Assembly: GCA_017609915.1 (NCBI GenBank)
Contig: JAFCDA010000001.1
Span: 5,033 to 69,032 of the forward strand
Length of the DNA: 64,000 nucleotides
Source of the DNA: Candidatus Pacearchaeota archaeon
GTDB lineage: Archaea > Nanobdellota > Nanobdellia > Pacearchaeales > GW2011-AR1
Reading direction: 5' to 3'
A program made the translations under genes and the position numbers. The notes beneath the pieces were generated by a model. The model ran no database searches and had not been told where the DNA came from. It saw nothing but the letters and a program-made list of their open reading frames with translations. Below, one piece after another: positions 19,024 through 29,223 of this stretch. Each line of letters begins with the position of its first letter. Within the stretch, counting starts at the first letter, position 1.

Positions 19024-19932
19024 ATGAATGGAGAAAATTTTTTTAAAAAAAGCTTAATAAAGTCTTATAAAATAGTTAGGGATAGATTTAGTAAATATGG
19101 TTTTGGGAATTTTTATTTTGTTAGAAAAATTAATGCAACTTTTTTAAAATATGTGACGCCTAATTTAATAATAATTAAAGGACATAAAATGTTTTTAGAC
19201 CCCTCAGATTCTTTAAGGCTATCAATATATGGTAATCATGAGACAAATGAAAAAGAGATTTATAAAAAATATATTAAAAAAGGAGATGTTGTTTTAGATG
19301 TTGGAGCCAATATAGGGTATGATACTTTGATTCTTGCAAAACTTGTTGGTAAAAATGGCAGGGTTTTTGCTTTTGAACCAGGCCCGATTAATTTTCAATT
19401 ACTTGAAAAGAATATTAAAATTAATGAATATAATAATGTAACTTTAGTAAATAAAGCAGTTTCAAAAGATAATAAATCGATTAAATTATATTTAAATGAA
19501 ACTAATGGGACAGGACATAAAATAGATGATATAAGTAATTTAGGTGTTAAACTTAACAGAAAATCAATCGATATAGAGTCAATTAAATTAGATGATTTTT
19601 TAAAGAATAAAAAAATTAAAAAAATTGATTTTGTTAAAATAGATGTTGAAGGTTCAGAAAGTGAAGTAATTAAGGGAATGAATAATATTTTTAAAAACAA
19701 TAAATCTTTAAAAATGATATTAGAATTTACTCCTGGTGCACTTAAAAACTATGGAAAAGACCCTAAAAAATATTTAAAAGAATTTATTTCTAAAGGATTT
19801 AAATTATATGAGATACCAGATAAAGGTTCTTTTGATAAAGATAAAATACCAATAAATAATGATAAAGATATTCATGATTTATTAAAAAGATGGGGCAAAA
19901 GTGGAACAAATCTGTTTTGTATAAGGGATTGA
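19024..19932 (+). CDS. FkbM family methyltransferase
   Basis: VLDVGANIGYDTLILAKLVGKNGRVFAFEPGPINFQLL motif of FkbM-type MTases. Confidence 0.75.
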   Translation: MNGENFFKKSLIKSYKIVRDRFSKYGFGNFYFVRKINATFLKYVTPNLIIIKGHKMFLDPSDSLRLSIYGNHETNEKEIYKKYIKKGDVVLDVGANIGYDTLILAKLVGKNGRVFAFEPGPINFQLLEKNIKINEYNNVTLVNKAVSKDNKSIKLYLNETNGTGHKIDDISNLGVKLNRKSIDIESIKLDDFLKNKKIKKIDFVKIDVEGSESEVIKGMNNIFKNNKSLKMILEFTPGALKNYGKDPKKYLKEFISKGFKLYEIPDKGSFDKDKIPINNDKDIHDLLKRWGKSGTNLFCIRD

Positions 19933-20001
19933 GATGTATAAACGAAAAACATATATTGCTCCTAAGATAAATTTTTAAACCATTATATTTACTAACTAAT
20001 C

Positions 20002-20973
20002 ATGAAAAAAAAGGAAATTCCTGTTTCATTGGTTATGCTTACTTTTGAGATAGATAAAACTGAACCAGCAATTAGAAATGCTCTTGAACAAGATTATCCT
20101 AATAAAGAAATAATTGTTGTAAATGACAATCCAAAATTAAAAATTCCTGATTCTATACTTAAATTAGAAAAACAACGTAAAATTAAAATTGTAAATAATG
20201 TAAAAAATCTTGGTATGGCAGGAAGTTTAAATGCAGGAATCAAGGCTTCAAAAACTAATACAATATTATTTACTTGTCATGATTATTTTTTTGAAAGTAA
20301 TCAATGGATTAGACATATTGTAGAAAAACTTTATTCTGATAAAAAACTAGGAACTATTGGTTCTGTTGTTAGATTGCCTATAGAAGAATGGAAAAATTAT
20401 AGTTTCTTAAACAAACTTTTTACATTTAGGCATATGCTTAAACCATCACGTAATTTACATAGTTGTTATAAAAGAGAGGTATTTAATAAATTAGGATTAT
20501 TTGATTCAAAAAATTTTAAGCGTGGTGGAGAAGATGGAGATTTTTATTCTAAGGTTATAAAAGCCGGGTATAAAACAGGGTGTATTGAAGATAGCCTAAT
20601 CCATAAACATTATAATAAAGATGATAGTTTATTAAAAATACTTAGAAAAGAATATGAGTATGGAAGATCTCATGGAGCACGTAAAAGAAAAGATGGTCTT
20701 TTTTCAAGACTGGGTTTATTTGATTTTGAAATTCGTATTTTACTTATACTAGGATTTATAATGGGTTTATTTATTCATCCTATAATAAGTTTTCTTTATT
20801 TTTTGCCTTTCTTTTTTGTAGCTTTATTTAAGTGCATTAAAGCATATCCTCAAACAAAATGGATTCCTGGATTAATTCTTTCTCCTTTTGCAGGAGTACT
20901 TATTTTATTAATCCAAACTATTGGGGCAACAAAAGAATATTTAGTCCTTCCTAAAACTAAAAGCAAAAAATAA
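20002..20973 (+). CDS. GT2 family glycosyltransferase with C-terminal membrane helices
   Basis: VSLVMLTFEIDKTEPAIRNALEQDYPNKEIIVVNDNP GT-A N-terminus; two C-terminal TM helices. Confidence 0.7.
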   Translation: MKKKEIPVSLVMLTFEIDKTEPAIRNALEQDYPNKEIIVVNDNPKLKIPDSILKLEKQRKIKIVNNVKNLGMAGSLNAGIKASKTNTILFTCHDYFFESNQWIRHIVEKLYSDKKLGTIGSVVRLPIEEWKNYSFLNKLFTFRHMLKPSRNLHSCYKREVFNKLGLFDSKNFKRGGEDGDFYSKVIKAGYKTGCIEDSLIHKHYNKDDSLLKILRKEYEYGRSHGARKRKDGLFSRLGLFDFEIRILLILGFIMGLFIHPIISFLYFLPFFFVALFKCIKAYPQTKWIPGLILSPFAGVLILLIQTIGATKEYLVLPKTKSKK

Positions 20974-21051
20974 AAGTGTTAAAATTATCTAGATCCTAGA
21001 TATAGATTTCACAACAATAAATCTTTTAAAGGGTTTAAACAAACTTAATCT

Positions 21052-22473
21052 ATGAAAAAAGTGATATTAATGTATCCTAATTGTAGGTGGAAAAAAGGGT
21101 TTGAAAATAAAACCATATGGAACCTTCATCCTTATAATCTTTGTTTACTTTCTGCAATGATAGAACAAGATTATGAAACTAAAATAGTAGATACTAATAT
21201 TGATGATATATCTAAAGAAGATTTTGTAAAGATTATAGAAGAATATAAACCAGATATAGTTGGAATTTCAGTTCTTACAAATGAATATTTAGATTCTGGT
21301 TTAATTGCTGCAGAAATAGTTAAATCAATAAATTCTGAAATAAAAACAGTTATAGGAGGGGTTGCAACTTTTGATCCTGAATCTATAATTAAAAATGAAA
21401 ACATTGATTATGTTGTAGTGGGTGAAGGAGAATTTACTTTTAAAAAATTATGTAATCATATTTTTAGTGATGGAGATTTGCCATCTAAAGGCCTTGTTTT
21501 TAAAAAAGATGGAGAAATAATAAATCTTGGTCGTTCAGATTTTATAGAAGATTTAGATAGTCTTCCTTTTCCATCATATGATAAAGTTGATTATTTAAAA
21601 TATGCTAATTCAATTCAAAGAGAAAGTGTAGATAGCCCAAGAGAAATGCCTTATGCAAACATAATAACATCAAGAGGCTGTCCTTATAATTGTTGTTTTT
21701 GCCAGGCTGGAAAAATTTCTGGTAAAAAACCAAGGTTTCGTAGTGTAGAAAATATTCTTAAGGAAATTAGTTGGTTAAAAGAAAAATATGGAATAAAAGC
21801 TCTTATTTTTGATGATGATAATCTTCTTGTTGATAAAGAAAGAGCTAAAAATTTATTTAGGGGAATGATTGATAGAGGATTTAATCTAAAATGGAATGCT
21901 ATTGCTATGGCTGCATTTAAATTAGACGAAGAAATGATAGATTTAATGAAAAAAAGTGGATGTCAATATGTAGATATTGCTATTGAATCAGGTGTTGAAA
22001 GAGTACTTCATGATATTATTCATAAACCTTTAAATTTAGAACATGCAAGAGAAGTTCGAGATTTATTAAAAAAATATGAGATTGATTTTGCTGCAAATTT
22101 TATTATGGGATTTCCAGGAGAAACCTGGGATGAAATTAGAAAAACAATTAAATTTGCAGAAGAATTTGATGCAGATTATACTAAAATATTTATTGCAACA
22201 CCTTTACCAAACACAGAATTATATGAAGTTGCCAGAGAAAAAGGTTATTTAAAAGAAAATTTTAGTTTTGATAAACACTTATGGACTGATGGATGGATAG
22301 AAACTGAAGAATTTCGTCCAGAAGATCTAAAAATCTTAAGGGCATATGAATGGGATAGGATAAATTTCTCAAGCCCAGAAAAAATAAAAAAAATTATCTC
22401 TATGATGGACATTAGTGTAGAAAGACTTAATGAGATAAGAAAAAATACACGCAAGAGGGCAAACCCTCAATAA
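21052..22473 (+). CDS. B12-binding domain radical SAM protein
   Basis: Cobalamin-binding N-domain (VILMYPN...VGISVLT..GG) then SRGCPYNCCFCQAG radical SAM motif. Confidence 0.8.
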   Translation: MKKVILMYPNCRWKKGFENKTIWNLHPYNLCLLSAMIEQDYETKIVDTNIDDISKEDFVKIIEEYKPDIVGISVLTNEYLDSGLIAAEIVKSINSEIKTVIGGVATFDPESIIKNENIDYVVVGEGEFTFKKLCNHIFSDGDLPSKGLVFKKDGEIINLGRSDFIEDLDSLPFPSYDKVDYLKYANSIQRESVDSPREMPYANIITSRGCPYNCCFCQAGKISGKKPRFRSVENILKEISWLKEKYGIKALIFDDDNLLVDKERAKNLFRGMIDRGFNLKWNAIAMAAFKLDEEMIDLMKKSGCQYVDIAIESGVERVLHDIIHKPLNLEHAREVRDLLKKYEIDFAANFIMGFPGETWDEIRKTIKFAEEFDADYTKIFIATPLPNTELYEVAREKGYLKENFSFDKHLWTDGWIETEEFRPEDLKILRAYEWDRINFSSPEKIKKIISMMDISVERLNEIRKNTRKRANPQ

Positions 22474-22483
22474 ACTTTATAAA

Positions 22484-23134
22484 ATGAGTCCAAATTTAAA
22501 AAATCTTTCAGATGAAGAAAAAGAAATTAAGATGATTGAGTTTGTAAAAGAGATTGTTGAATTATGGGAAGCTGCAAAAATACCTTATCCTATTCATTTT
22601 AGTGGGGGAAATGAAAAAGAATTAATTAAAATCTTTTCTGAAATTAAAGAAGGAGATTATGTTTTTTCTACGCATAGGGGGCATTATCATTATTTATTAA
22701 AAGGTGGAGATTTTGAAAAGTTAAAAGAATTTATTTTAAGAGGAGATAGTATGCATATTTTTGATAAAGATTTAAAATTTCTTACATCTGCTATTGTTGC
22801 TGGAACTCCCTCTATTGCTGCAGGAGTTGCTTATGCTTTAAAAAAGAAAAATAGTGAAAATAAAGTATGGTGTTTTATTGGAGATGGGGCAGAAGATGAA
22901 GGGCATTTTTATGAAGCAGTTAGGTATGTTGATGGATGGGATTTGCCATGCACATTTATTATAGAAGATAATGATCGGTCTGTTGAAACTCCAAAAAGTG
23001 AAAGATATGGAAAATCTCAAATTCAGTGGCCATCATGTGTTAGAAGATATATGTACAAGCCAAAATATCCTCATGTAGCAACTGAAAATTGGGTTGATTT
23101 TTCAGGAATGAAAGCTGGAGGTCCTTCTTTTTAA
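22484..23134 (+). CDS. thiamine-diphosphate enzyme E1-alpha-like PP-domain protein (truncated, 216 aa)
   Basis: STHRGHYHYLLKG (YRxHG-like) and TPP-binding IGDGAEDEGHFYEAV...FIIEDNDRS (GDG-x-NN-like); stop overlaps next start (TAATG). Confidence 0.6.
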   Translation: MSPNLKNLSDEEKEIKMIEFVKEIVELWEAAKIPYPIHFSGGNEKELIKIFSEIKEGDYVFSTHRGHYHYLLKGGDFEKLKEFILRGDSMHIFDKDLKFLTSAIVAGTPSIAAGVAYALKKKNSENKVWCFIGDGAEDEGHFYEAVRYVDGWDLPCTFIIEDNDRSVETPKSERYGKSQIQWPSCVRRYMYKPKYPHVATENWVDFSGMKAGGPSF

Positions 23135-24774
23135 TGAAATATAAAGAATTAATTAGTGAAGAAATGAAAAAATTAGCAAAAAATGATAAAACTGTCTTTA
23201 TAGGATATAATATTAAAAGAGGTTCAAAAGCTTATGGGACCTTAACAGATGTTCAAGATAAATGTATTGAAATGCCCCTTGCAGAAAATTTAATGACAAG
23301 TTTTGCTATTGGCATGTCTTTAGAAGGCTATAAACCAGTAGTTTTCTTTGAGAGACAAGATTTTATTTTAAATGCCTTAGACTCTATTGTTAATCATTTA
23401 GATAAAATTAAAGAAATGTCTAAAGGAGAATTTGAAACTCCTATAATAATCAGAGCCCCTGTAGGCGGCAAAAAACCTTTAGATCCTGGGATGCAGCATA
23501 CTCAAGATTTTAGTGAGGTATTGAAAAAAATTATTAAATTTCCAGTTTATGAATTAAAAACTGAAGAAGATTTTGCTAATTATTCTAAAATTATTCAAAA
23601 TATAAAAGAACCAACCCTTTTTATAGAGTATAAGGACCTTTATGGAAAAGAAATTGAGCAAAAAGAAAAAATAATTCTTGATAGTCATAAATTAATCTGG
23701 CATACAGAAAGAGTTAATGCATGGTTAAGAGGAGAAAGAATTGCTCCTATAACAATAGATTGCGCATTAACCAGGAGATGTAATTATAGATGTACTTATT
23801 GTTATGGACAATTACAAGCAAATGATGAAAAAAAGATGACTTTAGAGGTAATTCAAAGATTTTTAAAAGATGCTTCTGAAATAGGGGTAAAAGCTGTAAG
23901 TTTTGTAAGTGATGGAGAAAGTTCATGCTCTCCTCATCTTTATGATTCAATAATTTATGGGAAAAAACAAGGACTAGATATGGCTCTTGGAACAAATGGG
24001 TCTTTGCTTAAAAAAGAAGGGCTTAAAGAAGCAATAGAGTGCTTAACCTATCTTAGATTTAATATTTCTGCTGGAGAAAAAGAACGATATAAAGAAATAC
24101 ATGGATGTTCTGATTTAGATTATGATAAAACAATTGAAAATATTAAAGAATGTGTAAAAATAAAAAAAGAAAATAATTTAGATGTTACAATTGGTTTACA
24201 AATGGTTCTCATGTCTGAATTTAAAGACCAAATAATTCCTTTAACAAAATTAGGAAAAGAACTAGGAGTTGATTATTTAGTTATTAAACATTGTAGTGAT
24301 GATGAAGAAGGTAGTTTAGGAATAGATTATGATAAATATTTTGATAAAGATTTAATTGAAAAAATAAAAGAAGCTGAATCTTATTCAGATGAAAATTACT
24401 TAGTTAAAGCAAAATGGTCAAAAATCTTAAGTGGGGGAAAAAGAAATTATTCACGATGTTTTGGACCTCCTTTTATCTTACAGATGTCTGGTTCTGGATT
24501 AGTTGCTCCTTGCGGAATGTTTTTTAATGATAAATATGAAAAATATCATATTGGAAATATAGCTGAAAAATCTTTTAAAGAGATTTGGGAAAGCGATAGA
24601 TATTGGGAAGTTATGGATTTAATTGCTTCTGAAGATTTTGATGCAAAAACAATGTGTGGAACTTTATGCTTGCAGCATAAAGTAAATGAATATCTCTGGG
24701 ATTTAAAAGATAAAGGGGTAACTAATATAGATGTACCAGAAGGAGAAGCTCCAATGCATCTTAATTTTATTTGA
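23134..24774 (+). CDS. fusion protein: E1-beta/transketolase Pyr-domain-like N-terminus + radical SAM/SPASM domain
   Basis: N-terminal ~190 aa match E1-beta Pyr domain (CIEMPLAENLMTSFAIGMSLEGYKPVVFF...IIRAPVGG); then CALTRRCNYRCTYCYG radical SAM and C-terminal Cys-rich SPASM-like region (CFGPPF...APCG). Confidence 0.7.
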   Translation: MKYKELISEEMKKLAKNDKTVFIGYNIKRGSKAYGTLTDVQDKCIEMPLAENLMTSFAIGMSLEGYKPVVFFERQDFILNALDSIVNHLDKIKEMSKGEFETPIIIRAPVGGKKPLDPGMQHTQDFSEVLKKIIKFPVYELKTEEDFANYSKIIQNIKEPTLFIEYKDLYGKEIEQKEKIILDSHKLIWHTERVNAWLRGERIAPITIDCALTRRCNYRCTYCYGQLQANDEKKMTLEVIQRFLKDASEIGVKAVSFVSDGESSCSPHLYDSIIYGKKQGLDMALGTNGSLLKKEGLKEAIECLTYLRFNISAGEKERYKEIHGCSDLDYDKTIENIKECVKIKKENNLDVTIGLQMVLMSEFKDQIIPLTKLGKELGVDYLVIKHCSDDEEGSLGIDYDKYFDKDLIEKIKEAESYSDENYLVKAKWSKILSGGKRNYSRCFGPPFILQMSGSGLVAPCGMFFNDKYEKYHIGNIAEKSFKEIWESDRYWEVMDLIASEDFDAKTMCGTLCLQHKVNEYLWDLKDKGVTNIDVPEGEAPMHLNFI

Positions 24775-24938
24775 ATAAAAAATAATCTTAAAATATTAAA
24801 AGGTAACTAAATAATATCCATATCTTGATAAGAATAACGAGTGAGAAAAAGATTTGTAAAGCTTTAAAATGAGTAGAGATTCAAGATGGTTTGCATAACT
24901 TAAAGATATAATAAGATTCCAGTAAATAATATAAAAAA

Positions 24939-25997
24939 ATGGCAGTAGATAGTAAAATTGACGGGCATAAATTAATCCTGCATCCAAAAAGGGTGGCTGA
25001 ATGGAAAGAAAAAGGAGATTGTTATCCAATATATATTGAGATAGGTCCTACAAATATATGTAATCATAGATGTATTTTTTGTGCTTTAGATTATCTTGGA
25101 CATGAAGGATTTAATATAGACACAGAACTTATGATTAATACCTTAAAAGAAATCGGGGAAAAGGGTGTTAAATCTATAATGTTTGCCGGAGAAGGAGAAC
25201 CTCTTGCGCATAAAGATATTGGATTATTTGTTCAAACAGCAAAACAATCTGGAATAGATGTTTCTATTACAACAAATGGGGTATTATTTAATAAAGAAAA
25301 AGCAGAACAATTTCTTCATCATTTATCTTGGATAAGGTTTAGTATTGATGCTGGAACTTCTGAAACTTATAATAAAGTTCATAGAGGGGGAGAAAATGAT
25401 TTTAACAAAGTTATAGAAAACATAAAAAATGCTGTTGAAATTAAAAAAGCAAAAAATCTAAACACTGTGATTGGAATTCAGTTTTTAATGATTCCTGATA
25501 ATCTAAATGATGTTCTTAAACTTGCTCAAATAGCAAAAGATATTGGGGCAGATAATTTGCAAATAAAACCTTATTCTCAGCATCCAAAAAGTGAAAATAG
25601 TTTAGTACTATATTATGAAGATTATGCGCATTTAGAAAAAGAACTTGAAAAGTTTAATTCACCTGATTTTAAAATCTTCTTTAGAAAACAGACAATGCAA
25701 AGAGTTGAACAAGGAATCAATTATTCTGGATGTCATGGGCTTCCATTTTTTGCTCTAATAGATGCAAAAGGAAACATAATTCCATGCAATCTTTTTTATG
25801 ATATTCCAGAATTTACATATGGAAATTTACATGAAAACAGTTTTTCAGAAATTTGGAAAAGTGAAAAAAGACAACAAGTTTTACAAAGAATAAGAGAAAA
25901 AGGAATTGAAGATTGCAGACATGCATGTAGATTAGATGTTATTAACAGATATTTACAAAGATTAAAAAATCCTCAATCACATGATAATTTTGTGTGA
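24939..25997 (+). CDS. radical SAM/SPASM domain protein (paralog of C-terminal half of preceding gene)
   Basis: IEIGPTNICNHRCIFCALDY radical SAM motif; C-terminal GCHGLPFFALIDAKGNIIPCNLFYD..ENSFSEIWKSE parallels SPASM region of 23134..24774. Confidence 0.8.
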   Translation: MAVDSKIDGHKLILHPKRVAEWKEKGDCYPIYIEIGPTNICNHRCIFCALDYLGHEGFNIDTELMINTLKEIGEKGVKSIMFAGEGEPLAHKDIGLFVQTAKQSGIDVSITTNGVLFNKEKAEQFLHHLSWIRFSIDAGTSETYNKVHRGGENDFNKVIENIKNAVEIKKAKNLNTVIGIQFLMIPDNLNDVLKLAQIAKDIGADNLQIKPYSQHPKSENSLVLYYEDYAHLEKELEKFNSPDFKIFFRKQTMQRVEQGINYSGCHGLPFFALIDAKGNIIPCNLFYDIPEFTYGNLHENSFSEIWKSEKRQQVLQRIREKGIEDCRHACRLDVINRYLQRLKNPQSHDNFV

Positions 25998-26067
25998 TTG
26001 AGTTAACAAATCATAACTACGGAAAATTTTTAAATGAGGTATCAATTAAATAAAAATAATAAAAAAG

Positions 26068-27015
26068 ATGATGAATAAAGTATTAATTATAAAAACTGGG
26101 TATTCTGAGGTTTTAGATAGAAGAAATAATTCAAGAGTAGTAAGTTTTGGAGATGTATTAAGAACAACTCCATTATTACATCTTTATAAAGACAATCATA
26201 TAACTTGGGTCACAGATGAAAAAGCGATTCCATTACTTAAACACAACCATTTAATTAATCGTCTACTCGTTTTAGATTTTATTTCAATATCTCAATTACA
26301 AACAGAAGAATTTGATGTTGTGATAAATCTTGAAAAAATTCCTGGAATATGTGCACTTGCAGACAAAATAAGAGCAAGAAGAAATAGATATGGATTTACT
26401 TTTAATAGTCAAACTGGAGAAGCAGAAGCATATGATAAATCCCATGATATCCTTAGCCTGAGTACAAATCAAGAATTAAAAAGAAGTAATAAAAAAACTG
26501 CCCAAGAACTTTTATTTGAAATAGTTGGGGAAGAATGGAAAGGGGAAGAATATGTTCTTGGATATCAACCTAAAACAGAGGAAAAATACACTGTTGGTTT
26601 AAACAGCATTGTAGGACTTAAATGGCCAACTAAAGCCTGGCCAGCAGAAAATTGGGATGAATTAACTGAAATATTAAAAAATGGAGGGATAGTAGTAAGC
26701 AGACAAGACCAACAACCTAAAGAAACATTAACAGACCTCTTTAAGTATATGGATTGGATAAATTCTTGTAAATTAATTGTTAGCAATGATAGTCTTGGAA
26801 TGCATTTGGGAATAGCATTAAAGAAAAAAATTTTAGGATTATTTGGAGCAACATCTCCTTATGAAGTGCATTTTTATGGTGATGGAAAACCAATTATGCC
26901 AAATCCTATCCCAAGTTGTTTACCTTGTTTTAGAGGTTCTTGTGAAAGAAGAAAAAATTGTATAAATGAGATTACTCCTGAAAAAGTATATCAAGAGATT
27001 AGGAAGCTTATATAA
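26068..27015 (+). CDS. GT9 family glycosyltransferase (heptosyltransferase-like) with C-terminal Cys4 motif
   Basis: KVLIIKTGYSEVLDRR...FGDVLRTTPLLH GT9 N-terminus; C-terminal CLPCFRGSCERRKNC. Confidence 0.65.
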   Translation: MMNKVLIIKTGYSEVLDRRNNSRVVSFGDVLRTTPLLHLYKDNHITWVTDEKAIPLLKHNHLINRLLVLDFISISQLQTEEFDVVINLEKIPGICALADKIRARRNRYGFTFNSQTGEAEAYDKSHDILSLSTNQELKRSNKKTAQELLFEIVGEEWKGEEYVLGYQPKTEEKYTVGLNSIVGLKWPTKAWPAENWDELTEILKNGGIVVSRQDQQPKETLTDLFKYMDWINSCKLIVSNDSLGMHLGIALKKKILGLFGATSPYEVHFYGDGKPIMPNPIPSCLPCFRGSCERRKNCINEITPEKVYQEIRKLI

Positions 27016-27066
27016 AATATATTCAATAAGAATCATCTTTAAAAACAAATCTTTTTTGCAATAAGA

Positions 27067-28032
27067 ATGAATAAAAAAGATTTAGAAACATATGGTTCTG
27101 GTTTATTAGATTTTCATACTCATTCAACTTTCTCTGATGGGGGAGATACCCCAACACAACTTGTAGAAAGAGCTAAAAAACAGGGGGTTACTGCAATGGC
27201 TTTAACAGACCATCATGGTCATAAAGGATTACCTGAATTTATAGCTGCATGTAAGCAATATGATATATTTCCAATACCTTTTGGAGTTGAAATTGCTGCA
27301 GAACTTCCTGAAAAAGTTTTAACACCACAAGATATGTCTTCTCCTGATTTAATTATTCTTGGAAAAAATCCAAATGTAAAACCTATGAAAGGATATCAAG
27401 AAATATATTTTAATGATTTGGAAAAAAGGCATTTACCTGAAATATTAGCTGGATTAAGAAAGGTTGGTTTTGAATTACCTGTTGTAAATCTAAAAGAACA
27501 ATGTGCTTCTTTTCATGCTCCTCCAGATATACTTCATGATTTTGTTCATTATAAAAAAAATATGCAAGTTTTAAAAAATTATGTTAAAACAAAGGATTCA
27601 AATGTTAGTGATGCAGACATTGAAAAAAAACCAATAGCATTTGCTAATAGATGGTTATATGCTGTAGGTATGCCTGCTTATACAGCAAGATTTAAAGGTT
27701 TTAGCCTTGATAGTGCACTTCAATTAGTTGAAGAGATGAACTGTAAACTATTTATTGCACACCCTGGAGGAGATTATGGGTTTTTAACAGATGCTATGTT
27801 AAATTATTTTACTGAGAAGAAAATCCATGGAATTGAGATAAGAAGTTATCTTAACAGCCCTGAACAAAATGCTAAATTTGATAAATTAGCTAAAGAACAC
27901 AATCTAATAAGATCTGGAGGTTCTGATTGTCATGGTGCCAAGGGGCCTTTTAGAATGGGAATATATGATCGTCCACAAAATCAACTTCCTAAAGATGTTT
28001 TAGAAGAGCTTATGGACTGGTTGCCTTCTTAA
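27067..28032 (+). CDS. PHP domain metal-dependent phosphoesterase
   Basis: LDFHTHSTFSDGGDTPTQLVERAKKQGVTAMALTDHH PHP motif I/II. Confidence 0.7.
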   Translation: MNKKDLETYGSGLLDFHTHSTFSDGGDTPTQLVERAKKQGVTAMALTDHHGHKGLPEFIAACKQYDIFPIPFGVEIAAELPEKVLTPQDMSSPDLIILGKNPNVKPMKGYQEIYFNDLEKRHLPEILAGLRKVGFELPVVNLKEQCASFHAPPDILHDFVHYKKNMQVLKNYVKTKDSNVSDADIEKKPIAFANRWLYAVGMPAYTARFKGFSLDSALQLVEEMNCKLFIAHPGGDYGFLTDAMLNYFTEKKIHGIEIRSYLNSPEQNAKFDKLAKEHNLIRSGGSDCHGAKGPFRMGIYDRPQNQLPKDVLEELMDWLPS

Positions 28033-28224
28033 TTATTAGTTTAAATTCTTTCTTCAACATTATTCTCTAAAATATATATCTTTCCTACAATAGTTTTTTT
28101 AAAGGAGTTTTTATAATCTTTAATATCCTTAATTTAAAACTATCACATATAAAACTTAAAGTTCCACACCTCAATTGTGTATAACTTGATTATGTAAAGA
28201 TATTGAATTAATAAAATAAAAAAG

Positions 28225-29136
28225 ATGGACCCAATACAAATCCCTCAAGGTTACAATTATATATCTGCATTTTTAACAATGAGATGCAATCTTAATTGTA
28301 GTTTTTGCTTAAATTCAATTGACAAAAGCAGAGAATTTAATAGGACAAAATTTAAAGAGCTTTCTGGAGAGCAATGGGTTAAAGCATTAAATAGGATTGA
28401 ATCACGTCCAGAAGTTCCAGTAACCTTTTCAGGAGGAGAGCCTTTTTTACATCCAGATTTTCTTTATATCCTTAAGAATCTTAAAAAAGATTTAAACATA
28501 GATATTTTAACTAATTTATCTTTTGAAGTAGCTGTTGAAAAATTTTTAAAAGAAATAGACCCAGAAAGAATAAAGAGAAATGTTCCTTATGCTTGTATTC
28601 GTGTTTCTTATCATCCAGAACAAATGGGAAATGGTGCAGAACTTATTGAAACAGTTAAAAAACTAAAAGATGCTGGATTTAGTATTGGTGTATGGAGTGT
28701 TTTATATCCTTCTTTTGAAAATCTCTCTGCAATAAATCAAATGCAATTTAGATGTATAGATGCAGGAATTGATTTTAGATTAAAAGAATATACTGGAACC
28801 TATAAGGGAGACTTATATGGAGATTATTCTAAATATTCTAACTCAGTTTTATCAAATAAATTAAAAAAATGCTTATGTAAGGGCTCTGAATTATTAATAG
28901 CTCCAAATGGAAATATTTACAAATGTCACAGTGATTTATTTAGTGAAGAATTTCCTATAGGAAATATTCTTGACCCTAATTTCCAAATTAAAAACGAATT
29001 TAGAAAATGTGAGAAATATGGTCAGTGCCATCCATGTGATGTAAAACTTAAGACAAATTATAAACAAGAATTAGGGAATACCTCTGTTGAAATAAAAGAA
29101 ATAGAAGATAATTCTCAACCGAAAGTTATAGTTTAA
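28225..29136 (+). CDS. radical SAM protein with SPASM-like C-terminal Cys cluster
   Basis: ISAFLTMRCNLNCSFCLNS CxxxCxxC motif; C-terminal CKGSELLIAPNGNIYKCHSD...CEKYGQCHPCD. Confidence 0.75.
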   Translation: MDPIQIPQGYNYISAFLTMRCNLNCSFCLNSIDKSREFNRTKFKELSGEQWVKALNRIESRPEVPVTFSGGEPFLHPDFLYILKNLKKDLNIDILTNLSFEVAVEKFLKEIDPERIKRNVPYACIRVSYHPEQMGNGAELIETVKKLKDAGFSIGVWSVLYPSFENLSAINQMQFRCIDAGIDFRLKEYTGTYKGDLYGDYSKYSNSVLSNKLKKCLCKGSELLIAPNGNIYKCHSDLFSEEFPIGNILDPNFQIKNEFRKCEKYGQCHPCDVKLKTNYKQELGNTSVEIKEIEDNSQPKVIV

Positions 29137-29223
29137 ATTTTTTGGTATTTATAAAAATATGATGAGATAAAGAAGAGGGATTAAGTTATTCAGATAATAT
29201 CTCTTGATTGAGCTTATAAAATA

